From the NCBI GenBank assembly GCA_000092065.1, contig CP000591.1: 64,000 nucleotides of DNA; one strand, written 5' to 3'. The notes below the pieces were generated by a model. It was not told where the DNA came from and made no database searches. It was given only the letters and a program-made list of their open reading frames with translations. Positions 45,882 to 54,661 of the stretch are shown here, one piece after another. A program made the position numbers and the translations under genes. This stretch comes from Ostreococcus lucimarinus. Its lineage: Eukaryota. Within the stretch, counting starts at the first letter, position 1, and every line of letters begins with the position of its first letter.

Positions 45882-46148
45882 ATGCCCGTGTCGTTCGTGT
45901 ATCAAAAGTCGTCTCGATCCAAACCTCGCGCGGGCGCCGACGTCTGCGAGATCAAGTGCAAGAAGCTCAGCTGCGCGATACAAAAGTGCATCTCCAGACT
46001 GCCCGCCACGCGGTCGCGCACGAGCGCGTCCACGGTGAACTTTGACGCGTGCGCGCCGGCGATCGAGCGCTACGACGCGTGCTGCGCCGCGGCGAGGGCG
46101 GCGGAGGCGCGAGGACGCGATGACGACGACGCGAAGCGTCGCGAGTGA
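45882..46148 (+). CDS. small twin-Cx9C (CHCH-like) protein
   Basis: True ATG at 45882. The 88-aa ORF contains C-x9-C twice (CKKLSCAIQKC and CAPAIERYDAC), the hallmark of CHCH-domain mitochondrial intermembrane-space proteins. It overlaps the next gene's first ATG by 29 nt in another frame, so one of the two boundaries is wrong. Confidence 0.35.
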   Translation: MPVSFVYQKSSRSKPRAGADVCEIKCKKLSCAIQKCISRLPATRSRTSASTVNFDACAPAIERYDACCAAARAAEARGRDDDDAKRRE

Positions 46149-46887
46149 AGCCCGGAGGCTGGGTTCGAGTCGGACGCGCGCGGCGCGGCGGCGAAGCGTC
46201 GCGAACGCGCGATGCGCGACGCGAGGTTCGAGCGGGCGGCGCGCGGTGCGGTCGCGATGGAAGGCGACGCGCGCGGCGGGCGACGCGAGCGACGAAGACG
46301 ACTCGGGAAGGTTTATCAACGACGACGCGTTTTCGGCGCTCGGCGGGTTGAAGAAGACGAAGGATCCGTTCGCGGCGAACGCGGCGCGGGAAAGACCGGC
46401 GGCGAGCAAGGCGCGCGGTGTCGGTGGATTCTCGAAAGCGGGCGCGGAGACGGCGAGTTTGCCGACGACGCGCGACGCGGATGTGATTTTGAAGCGTTTC
46501 GACGAGACGCAGCGGCGCGAGGGAGCGGAGGCGGCGACGACGGCGTGTGAGCGACCCGCGATGGAACGAGCGACGAGAGCGCTCGCGTCGCGCGCGTCGC
46601 GCGTTATGCTGGGCATATGCGCCGCGAGCGCGGAGGAGGGATTGGCGGCGCTCAAGACGTGGACGGCGGAGTTGGGACTGCCGAAGGGAAAATTACACGG
46701 CATGGATAAGGATGGTATCCCAGTGGATCCGCCGAAAGGGGCGGTGTTCATCAAGTACAACTCACTTTCGGGAGATGCGTACATTTCTGGCTACGGTGGG
46801 ACTTTTCGTGGGGTTTTGTTCACCCCCGAGCTCGACGACGGGGCGTTTCGCCAATACGGATATTTACCGCTCGACGTGTTGCTCTGA
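46120..46887 (+). CDS. conserved hypothetical protein (DUF-type, cyanobacterial/plastid-lineage look)
   Basis: The first ATG of the frame is at 46120 (the track start is TTG). Basic presequence, then a well-formed C-terminal domain ALKTWTAELGLPKGKLHGMDKDGIPVDPPKGAVFIKYNSLSGDAYISGYGGTFRGVLFTPELDDGAFRQYGYLPLDVL. The antisense ORF at 45777..46784 is Ala/Arg-rich junk. Confidence 0.45.
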   Translation: MTTTRSVASEARRLGSSRTRAARRRSVANARCATRGSSGRRAVRSRWKATRAAGDASDEDDSGRFINDDAFSALGGLKKTKDPFAANAARERPAASKARGVGGFSKAGAETASLPTTRDADVILKRFDETQRREGAEAATTACERPAMERATRALASRASRVMLGICAASAEEGLAALKTWTAELGLPKGKLHGMDKDGIPVDPPKGAVFIKYNSLSGDAYISGYGGTFRGVLFTPELDDGAFRQYGYLPLDVLL

Positions 46888-46950
46888 TCTTGTAGATCTT
46901 GTAGACAAATCTCTAGTACGGCTAAGCTAAATCGCAGTCACGATAGATTG

Positions 46951-48726
46951 TTACCAGAATGTTTCGCGGTAATCCTTGAGGAACTTGCCGAACACAGGCG
47001 GCCACGCTTGCGGCGGTTCGCTGAAACCTTCAAACACCGGCGCGAGAACGCGCGCCGCGGCGTCTTCCTCATCGATGGGCGTCTGGAAACCCTTCTCTTT
47101 CGCCAATCTCGCCGCTTTTTCCAGTGGATTCTCGTCGTTAATCCAACCGGTATCGATTGAGTTCATATAGATGCCATCTTCCGCGAAGTCTTTCCCCGAC
47201 GTCGCGCTCATCATGTTCAACGCCGCCTTCGCCATGTTGGTGTGCGAGTGCGTACTCAGTTTCGCCCGAGCGAATTGGCCTTCCATAGCGGAAACATTGA
47301 TGATAAACGCCGCGGCGTACTCGACCCCAGCCTCTTTATCGACAGCGACGGTCTTGGCCATCAATGGACGAAGCTTGCCGTTCAGCACGAAAGGTGCGGC
47401 GGCGTTCACCGCGAGCACTTCGAGCAACTCTGGAGTCTCAATTTCGCCAAGCTTCATCGTCCACGAGTTTTTCGTCCTTAAATCCACCTGCTGCCCGTTG
47501 ACATCGAGCGCGCCTTCAGGGAAGTGTTCGTTGGACTCATCGGCGTCGGAAGCGATCAGTTGGAGCTGCGACATTGCGGCTGAGGGCGCCATCCATCCAG
47601 CTTCTTTAAACTTATCGCCCTGTCGCCAATCGCTCAGCGCCGTGGGCGACGGCGCCTCGGCGTCGGCGCTCGGTAAAAAGTCGCACCGAGCGTTCGCGCC
47701 AGCGAGCGAGCGAGTAAACCCCGAGCGCGCTTCGGCTTGGAGAAGGTGCTTGTAATACGCTGGAGGTCGCCGCACGGTCTGACACGCGTTGTTCACGAGG
47801 ACGTCCAATCGAGGCAGCGTCGCGAGCAAATGCGCGCAGAGCTTTTCCAAAGCGGGCAAGTCGCGCAAATCCATGGCGAGTATCTGCAGTCGACCGATCC
47901 ATTGTCCCGCGTCATCTTCTCCTTCGAAGCGCTTCAGCGCGTCCACGGGAAAACGCGTCGTCGCGATCACGTTCGCGCCCGCGCGAAGAAGTTTCAACGC
48001 GATGCGATACCCAATCTTCACGCGCGCGCCCGTCACCACGCAAAACTTCCCTCGCATGTCCGCCGTCTGCGACCGCTTTTCCCAATTCAACTCGGCACAC
48101 TCCGGACACAACGCTGCGTAAAAGTGATGCATCTTTCGAAATCGCGACTTGCACACGTAGCACGACCGCAATAAATTGAACTCCTCCGCCTCGCCGTTTT
48201 CGCTCGCCGCGATCGACGTCGCCGAAGCGCTCGCGACGCCGTCGGGAATCATCCTCTCCCCCACCCCATCCCCGTTCGCCTCTTGCAACGCGCTCAATCG
48301 TTTCAACCTTTCGTTCCGCAGCGTCGTTTGATCCATCTTCGCTCGATCCGCCGCGCGTTCCGCCATCTTTTTCCTATTCCGCTCGCGTTTCGGCAGCTTC
48401 GCCGCGACGTACTCCGCGCGAGACATCCCGTGGAACATTTTCCCGTGCATTCGCTCCAACAGCGGCAGCAGCGCTCTGCGCAGCGCTTTATGTTTCGGGT
48501 GCTCCAGCACCGCGTTCGCGCGCGCGCGCGCGTCGTCGTCGTCGCCGTCGCCGCCGTCGCGCGCGCTCGGTGCGCTTTTCGTCCCGCTCGCGCCGCCGCC
48601 GACATCGCCGCCGCACGCCGCGATCACGCGCAGCGCGCGCGCGAGATCGTCGCTCGTGAACCCCCGCCACGCGTCGAGCGCGTCGCCGTCGAGCGCGCGC
48701 GCGTCGTCGTCGAGCGTCGTCGTCAT
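46951..48726 (-). CDS. short-chain dehydrogenase/reductase (SDR)-family oxidoreductase with N-terminal Cys-cluster extension
   Basis: Rossmann start KFCVVTGARVKIGYRIALKLLRAGANVIATTR and LDVLVNNACQ (NNAG-like), preceded by a zinc-finger-like CYVCKSRF...CPEC segment. ATG at 48726. Confidence 0.6.
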   Translation of the reverse strand: MTTTLDDDARALDGDALDAWRGFTSDDLARALRVIAACGGDVGGGASGTKSAPSARDGGDGDDDDARARANAVLEHPKHKALRRALLPLLERMHGKMFHGMSRAEYVAAKLPKRERNRKKMAERAADRAKMDQTTLRNERLKRLSALQEANGDGVGERMIPDGVASASATSIAASENGEAEEFNLLRSCYVCKSRFRKMHHFYAALCPECAELNWEKRSQTADMRGKFCVVTGARVKIGYRIALKLLRAGANVIATTRFPVDALKRFEGEDDAGQWIGRLQILAMDLRDLPALEKLCAHLLATLPRLDVLVNNACQTVRRPPAYYKHLLQAEARSGFTRSLAGANARCDFLPSADAEAPSPTALSDWRQGDKFKEAGWMAPSAAMSQLQLIASDADESNEHFPEGALDVNGQQVDLRTKNSWTMKLGEIETPELLEVLAVNAAAPFVLNGKLRPLMAKTVAVDKEAGVEYAAAFIINVSAMEGQFARAKLSTHSHTNMAKAALNMMSATSGKDFAEDGIYMNSIDTGWINDENPLEKAARLAKEKGFQTPIDEEDAAARVLAPVFEGFSEPPQAWPPVFGKFLKDYRETFW

Positions 48727-48786
48727 TCGTCCGCGCGACCGCGAGTGCGGCTCGCCGATGGGGCGCCGCGCGTGACGACGCGCGCG

Positions 48787-49818
48787 ATGTCGTACGCGAA
48801 ATCGACGCGCCCGACGCGGTTCTTAAGGGTGTGCCCGCTTCGCGCGCGCGACGAGGCGCGCGCGCTCGCCGAAGGCGCGGCGCGCGAGGCGGTGGAAGTC
48901 GACGCGCGGGACATCGACGCGAAACGCGCGGTGACGTTCGAGTTCGCGCGCGTGGAAGACGCGACGGCGGCGCTCGAGCGCCTGCGCGGAGGACGCACGC
49001 GCGCGTCTGTGTTCGGCGCGGGCGTCGCGGACGGCGAGACGGCGCTCGCGTGTGGGTACAGCGCGCGGGCGAGCGACTCGCGAGCGCCGGAGCGCGAGCG
49101 AACGAAGGCGTCGCGACGGTCGTCTGTCGAGGGACTGACGCTGATCGAGAATTTCGTCACGGTGGACGAGGAAAGAGCGTTGGCGACGCTCGCGGCGACG
49201 TCGGGGGACGAGACGCGGTTGGCGCGGCGCCGGGTGAAACATTTTGGGTACGCGTTCGATTACGGCACGCGAGACGCGAACTTGAAGGTTGTCGACGAGA
49301 TTCCTGAGCTGGCGATGGAAGTGTTGCGGAGGCTTCCGCGCGAGACGCCTGGGTATGAAGGCGCGATGCGGTGCGACCAGGTGACGGTGAATGAGTATCC
49401 TCGAGGCGTCGGCTTGGCTCCGCACGTGGACACGCACTCGGCGTTTGGCGACACAATTTTATCGCTCTCTTTGCTCGGGGGGACGGTGATGGAATTTAGG
49501 ACGAGCGGGGAAGCGCATCGGGCGATTTATCTTCCGCCTCGGTCATTGCTAGTCATGCATGGTGAATCGCGGTACCGATGGCAGCATTATATACCGCATC
49601 GGAAGTTTGACACTCTCGAGGGCGAAGCCGCGCCGACGCCTCGAGACGATGTGCGGCTCTCGTACACTTTTCGCGAGCGGAGAAGTGGACCATGCGAGTG
49701 CGCATTCCCGTTGCAGTGCGATTCGAGGGATGGCGCGCAGTCAAAGTGTAGCAAACGTAAGACGGGTAAGACCCAGGCGTTCGCAGAGCTCGTGGGAGAG
49801 TCGGGAGATAGCTTTTAG
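48787..49818 (+). CDS. ALKBH8: ALKBH8-like protein: RRM-like domain + AlkB-type 2OG-Fe(II) oxygenase (no methyltransferase domain, as in the plant split arrangement)
   Basis: VTFEFARVEDATAALERLRG (RRM-like). Then KHFGYAFDYGTRD, the NEYPRGVGLAPHVDTHSAFGDTILSLSLLG region (H-x-D Fe ligands) and RYRWQHYIPHRK (distal His/Arg of 2OG oxygenases). ATG at 48787. Confidence 0.7.
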   Translation: MSYAKSTRPTRFLRVCPLRARDEARALAEGAAREAVEVDARDIDAKRAVTFEFARVEDATAALERLRGGRTRASVFGAGVADGETALACGYSARASDSRAPERERTKASRRSSVEGLTLIENFVTVDEERALATLAATSGDETRLARRRVKHFGYAFDYGTRDANLKVVDEIPELAMEVLRRLPRETPGYEGAMRCDQVTVNEYPRGVGLAPHVDTHSAFGDTILSLSLLGGTVMEFRTSGEAHRAIYLPPRSLLVMHGESRYRWQHYIPHRKFDTLEGEAAPTPRDDVRLSYTFRERRSGPCECAFPLQCDSRDGAQSKCSKRKTGKTQAFAELVGESGDSF

Positions 49819-49840
49819 TTTTGTGTAGTTTACAGATGTC

Positions 49841-51970
49841 CTAGTTGAAATCTCGCGCGAGACTAAAGTGAAAACGCGCATTTCCTTGATCATTTTTCGC
49901 GTAATCGAAGCGAATTGGTAACCCGCCGGTCTCGAACATACCTGCAACGCCATAACTGTATCCGCTTCCAGGCTTGCCGCGCGTGCCCGCGGGATCGCCG
50001 AGCACCGAACCGCCGCTGTGCAAATCGCTTCCGTAATCGAAAAACGCCGCGCCGGTAATCGTGGGGGTGACCGGCACGCGCATCTCGGCGCTACCGACGA
50101 CGTACTTGCGCCCCGTACCGATGGCACCGTCGTTATATCCACGAACGCTCGACGTCCCACCGATAGCGAAGGCTTCGTAAGGAGGCAAATCGCCGACGAC
50201 AGATCCGCCTTTGGAACTCAAAACGAGCTGCACCGGCCCGGGCAGGCTACCCACCGACAGCAAGTTGAAGGATCGCTTGGCTTTGGCAACCATGCGTGTG
50301 TAGTTGAGCCACTGCGGCTGTACAGGGAGCGCCTGCTCGGCGCTTAACATGAGCTGCGCCGCGTTTGGTCCGCCGTAAGTGAAACGCATTTGCGCCGCCA
50401 ACGCGGTGTCGCATTTCGTACCGCTAAACGTCACCGGGGCACCGTAAGCGTCGAAAAGAGAGTGATTCCCGTCGTTATCTAACACCCCGGTTCGTTTGAA
50501 ATCCACGGAAAACATCCCATTCCATCCATTCAGCAGCGGTCGCGAGTGTTCGACCGACGTCTGAAGCCTTTGTAACGACATTTCGCTCAAGCCCGGGGAC
50601 GTGATGTCGGGTTGGTCGCCGTCGACGTTTGTCGAGTTGACACCGTGTGTAGATCGCATACTACTGCTCTCACTACGCACTGACATCGCTCTGGACGTGC
50701 GCGTCGGTCCGAACCCTACCCAAGGGTCTTGGTACTGCAAATTCACTTGTGGACGCACGACGGTGAGACCTCGACCTCCTTTTCGCGGCGTCGCCTCGAC
50801 GCCGAGGTTGAGCATCTTGCCTTGACCGAACAAGTTCGTGTGAAAGGCGCTAAAATGCCCGGCGATGCCACTAAATATGCCCTCAGATAAGCCCCTGGCG
50901 GACATGCCGCCCCCGCACGTGACACCCTTCATCGACTTTTCTTTAAGCGACACCAACAGCGTGCGCTTGCCGAGCGGTCCAGGTTTCGGTAACATGTTGA
51001 TTTGTGGCTCGCCGAATCGCGGATTTTGCGCGCGAAATCGGTCGATGGTCTCGCGCACGCGCATACCATTCAAAACTTTGGTAGTCTTGATGTTTTCAAA
51101 GTACGGCATGACGCTGTCAACCTTACTCAACACCTTGTTTTCCTTCCCCGTCTTGGCGTCGATGGACGGATCGATCTCCACCTTGACGTCATTGATGTCC
51201 ACATCGACGAAACCGAGACGCAAAACCCCATCGCTCGGTTCTTCCAGCAAAGAAATCCCTTCGATCGAGTCGATTCCTCGCTTACTTTCCGCGTAAGCCT
51301 TGAAGTACTCCACCGCGCCAGAGACGTGATTCGAGTTAATCGGCTTCCCCATCATCGGCCGAAACGTCTCCTCCACCACCTTTGCCGGCACCGCCTCCAA
51401 ACCTTGCAACTCGACTCCGCGCAATATTTCGAACGGCACGACCTCAAATGTCACGCGCATTCCATCTCGAGTGTCCTTCGCGAGCGCACGAACGCTCTTA
51501 AAGATCCCCAACTCGCTCTTAATCACGTGGCTCTCCCCGGCGACTTCGCGCGCGCGATAGGAATAATTCGGCTTGAGCGTCATGACCTCCCGTATCGCCG
51601 CCTCTTGCGCGGGCGTCGCCCCGACGATATCAAATGCACATATTAACAGCGCTTTATCCACGTCAAACGTCGTCACGTCGACGCCGTGTTCGCTCTTCGC
51701 GCTCGAGCGCGGCGCCGGCGCCGCGGCGCCGTTCGCGTCCGCCGAGTCTTTACGCCCACGCGCGATTTCTGCAATCTTACGCCCCGGTGCGACGTTCGAG
51801 CGACGCGTAGTGGTGTTCTCCGTCGTCGCGCGCGACGACGCGCTCGCGAGGGCGCCTCGAGAGCGCGCGACGACGCGACGAAGCGTCGATCGCATCGCAT
51901 CCAGGCTGGGCGTCCGCGCGTTCGCGCGCGGTCCGCGCGGCGCTTCGGCGCTTCGGCGGGCGTCGGACAT
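49841..51970 (-). CDS. chloroplast outer-envelope Omp85-family beta-barrel protein (Toc75/OEP80-like) with POTRA domains
   Basis: C-terminal bacterial-surface-antigen (D15) barrel ending GLPIRFDYAKNDQGNARFHFSLARDF (the Omp85 terminal motif). POTRA-like N-terminal region. The basic hydroxylated presequence is consistent with plastid targeting. Start set at the ATG at 51970 (alternatives at 52105 and 51895). Confidence 0.7.
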   Translation of the reverse strand: MSDARRSAEAPRGPRANARTPSLDAMRSTLRRVVARSRGALASASSRATTENTTTRRSNVAPGRKIAEIARGRKDSADANGAAAPAPRSSAKSEHGVDVTTFDVDKALLICAFDIVGATPAQEAAIREVMTLKPNYSYRAREVAGESHVIKSELGIFKSVRALAKDTRDGMRVTFEVVPFEILRGVELQGLEAVPAKVVEETFRPMMGKPINSNHVSGAVEYFKAYAESKRGIDSIEGISLLEEPSDGVLRLGFVDVDINDVKVEIDPSIDAKTGKENKVLSKVDSVMPYFENIKTTKVLNGMRVRETIDRFRAQNPRFGEPQINMLPKPGPLGKRTLLVSLKEKSMKGVTCGGGMSARGLSEGIFSGIAGHFSAFHTNLFGQGKMLNLGVEATPRKGGRGLTVVRPQVNLQYQDPWVGFGPTRTSRAMSVRSESSSMRSTHGVNSTNVDGDQPDITSPGLSEMSLQRLQTSVEHSRPLLNGWNGMFSVDFKRTGVLDNDGNHSLFDAYGAPVTFSGTKCDTALAAQMRFTYGGPNAAQLMLSAEQALPVQPQWLNYTRMVAKAKRSFNLLSVGSLPGPVQLVLSSKGGSVVGDLPPYEAFAIGGTSSVRGYNDGAIGTGRKYVVGSAEMRVPVTPTITGAAFFDYGSDLHSGGSVLGDPAGTRGKPGSGYSYGVAGMFETGGLPIRFDYAKNDQGNARFHFSLARDFN

Positions 51971-52346
51971 GGTCGTCGACGATCCCGCTCGCAAAGTGCG
52001 TCGTTCGGTGCGCGAGCGGCCGCGCGCGAGTCGCGCGCCGAGTTTTGGCGGTTGGGCGCGCGCATCTTGCGCGCCTGGGCGCGCGCGGCGGTTGAGTCGC
52101 GGCAATGACTTCGATTCAGAATAGACGTATTTTACAGGTTCTCGAAAACTAAAGCTTAAAGAGGCGCTCAGTCAGCTGCACCACCGCGCGCGCGCGCGAT
52201 GGAACTTGAATGTGGCTCGAATGACTCGGTTGTATTGGTCGAGATTCGAGAGAGGCACCGACGTCCGTCGGTCGCCAGACTAGGAGAAATCAACGTGAAG
52301 TCGCGCTTGCGCGCGATAATAACAGGGCTTAATTGTCGCCGACTGC

Positions 52347-53680
52347 TTAGTCTTCGTCGACATTGCGCAAATCGAACATACGCTCGAGTGCGTGCATATT
52401 GACGAGGGTCAAAGCGACGGCGGTGGGGTCGGAGCCATCCGAGCGAAGCGCCGCCATCGGGCCGTGCAAAATCTTGTTGATGATGCCCCGGGAGAGTTCC
52501 TCGACGGCCTTCTTTTGCTTGTTCGTCAACCCATCGCCGAGCTTGGTCATAGCCTTATCCAATTCCGCGCTACGGATATTTTCAGCCTTTTGACGCAAGC
52601 GCTTGATCGTCGGGACGGTTTCCAAGCTATCTCTCCACGCCTCGAAGTTGCGTTGCTCCTCTAATAAAAGCGCTTCAGCCTCGAGACCCGCGGCTTCGCG
52701 CTTCGCCTTGTTGATCTCAGCGAGTTCCTTCAGGTCGTCAACGTTGTAAACCAGCGTGTTGGGGTCTTCGCAGCAGTTAGCGTCCACGTTACGCGGCACG
52801 GCAATGTCCACCAAGCGACGCTTGCCGCCGACGGCGTCGCCGCACACCGACATCTTGGCCAAGTCGTCCTTGCAAATGATCGGATCGACCGCGCTGGAGG
52901 CTGTGAAAATCACGTCATGCTCGCCCGCGAGCGTCAGGAACTGATCCATGAGTTCGATACGCATATTAACCTCCGGGAACTCTTCTGCGAGCGCCTCGGC
53001 GCGCGGCTTGGTACGGTTCACGATGGTCATCTCCGTGCAGCGCTTGGACGCCAAGTGCTTGACCAAGAGCTTGGACATCGTCCCCGCACCGACGATGAGC
53101 ACCCTGACGCCTTCGAACGATTGCGAAGGAAGCTTCATCTGCACCAGCTCAGCCGCGGCGGAAGACACAGACACGGCGCCAGAGGCGATGGAAGTCTCGC
53201 TGCGCACGCGCTTCCCGGCGGTGATGGCCGCCTTGAACAACCCAGTCAAGTGGCGACCAAACGCCTTTTCACTTTCACCCATCGCGAATACGCTCTTCAC
53301 CTGCGCCAAGATTTGTCCTTCACCCATCACAACCGAATCCAACCCACCCGAAACCTTCAACAAATGTCCCGTGGACTCGCGATCCTTGAGCACAAACAAG
53401 TGCTCGCGAAGCGACTCCACATCCACGCCCGAGTGCTTCACCATCCACTCCTCGACCTCCTTCAACCCACGCTCGTAGCTCAGCGCCACGACGTAAATCT
53501 CCATGCGATTACACGTCGACAGGATCCCAGCCTCCTCGATGTGTGGATACGCGCAAAGCTCCGCCACCGCATCGTTCCAAGCCTCCGGCGGCACCGCCAT
53601 CTTTTCCCGAATCTCCACCGGGCAGTTGTGAATGCTCAATCCCACCGTCACGATGGACGACTTGCGTTCGCTCTCGTACG
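52347..53680 (-). CDS. HEMA: glutamyl-tRNA reductase (HemA), exon 2 (mature enzyme)
   Basis: SSIVTVGLSIHNCPVEIREKMAVPPEAWNDAVAELC and the diagnostic catalytic motif STCNRMEIYVVA. NADPH-binding domain LIVGAGTMSKLLVKHLASKRCTEMTIVNRT. Collinear with plant GluTR. The track start at 53705 is TTG with an in-frame stop two codons upstream, so an exon boundary must lie here. Confidence 0.85.
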
Positions 53681-53935
53681 CTGCGTTCGACAAAATCACC
53701 ACCAACCGTCAGTCTCGCGTTCCTTTTCACATTTCGCGCGCGCTTCCTCGCCGTGCATCGCGTCTCACGATCTCCAAACGCCCTCGGCCTCGCTCGGTCG
53801 CCCGCGCGTCGGGCAAATCACTGGATAAGCCCGTCGCCGTATCTTCCCCGATCGCGTCTCCGCGCGCGTCCACCGCCGCGCGTCGAGTTTGAGCGCTTCT
53901 ACGAGACGAACGAAACGAACGAAAACTACACGTAC
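53681..53935 (-). other. spliceosomal intron (255 nt) of HemA between transit-peptide exon and mature-protein exon
   Basis: Minus-strand donor AATC|GTACGT at 53935 and acceptor gtcgaacgcAG|CG at 53681. The phase-1 join yields ...ALAALGGN-P-YESERKSSIV, which aligns with the plant ...LKTSAADR-YTKERSSIV junction. Confidence 0.55.
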
Positions 53936-54185
53936 GATTTCCTCCGAGCGCGGCGAGCGCCTCGAGCGCCTTGCTCGAATCCACCACCGCGTCGCTCACC
54001 CCCGCCGGACGCAGCGTCACCGCATCGCGTGTCGGGCGTTGCACCTGCATCGGCTTCGTTTGGTCTCCCTGCGGCGTCTCGCTGTCCACGACCGCGCGCA
54101 ACGCGTGACGAAAGTTTTTCTTCGTCGGTTTTCGCGTCGCGCGGGCGCCGACGGCGATCGCGCGCGGTGCGAGCGCGGCGGACAT
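53936..54185 (-). CDS. HEMA: HemA exon 1 (chloroplast transit peptide + N-terminal residues)
   Basis: True ATG at 54185. MSAALAPRAIAVGARATRKPTKK... is a hydroxylated/basic, acid-poor presequence, and SKALEALAALGGN aligns with the conserved pre-catalytic segment of plant GluTR. Confidence 0.6.
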
Positions 54186-54661
54186 GGCGACGGTGGCGAT
54201 GCGATGCGTCGGTCGCGGGATTCGCTCTGCGACGGCGTCACGCGCGCGCGATGCCGATCGGCGCTCGGTCGCGGGCGCTCGGTGCGAGGCGAACGGACGT
54301 GCGCCGGCGTCGGCGCGAACTGTCGCGGGTCGCGCCGGCGTCGCGCGGGGACGTGTGCGGATGCGCGCAAGCCAGGGTTGGCGCCCGCGTCGTTCCCGTC
54401 GGACTAGCTGGATTCATCGCGCATTCGGACATTCGGAACGTGTTTTAGGTGTATTTATGTCTGTATGTAATTATGTACATCTTCGTGATTTTGGTCGTAA
54501 TCAAACGTGTGCGGGTGCTTTGTGGAATGTCTCTGAAAATATCCTGCGGCGATCGGCGAGATCTCATCTCGAGATCTCGGCTCGCTCGAGCCCGCGAGGG
54601 CGTCGACGACGCGGCGCGGCTTCGATGTTCGATGCGGTGCGGTCACAAAACTGAATGCGGA

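Noticed and set aside
46951-48726. Possible non-canonical SDR active site (His in place of the catalytic Tyr near ...LSTHSHTNMAK...)
   Set aside because: My hand alignment of the S...YxxxK region is not reliable enough. It could simply be register error. It needs an HMM alignment before any claim.
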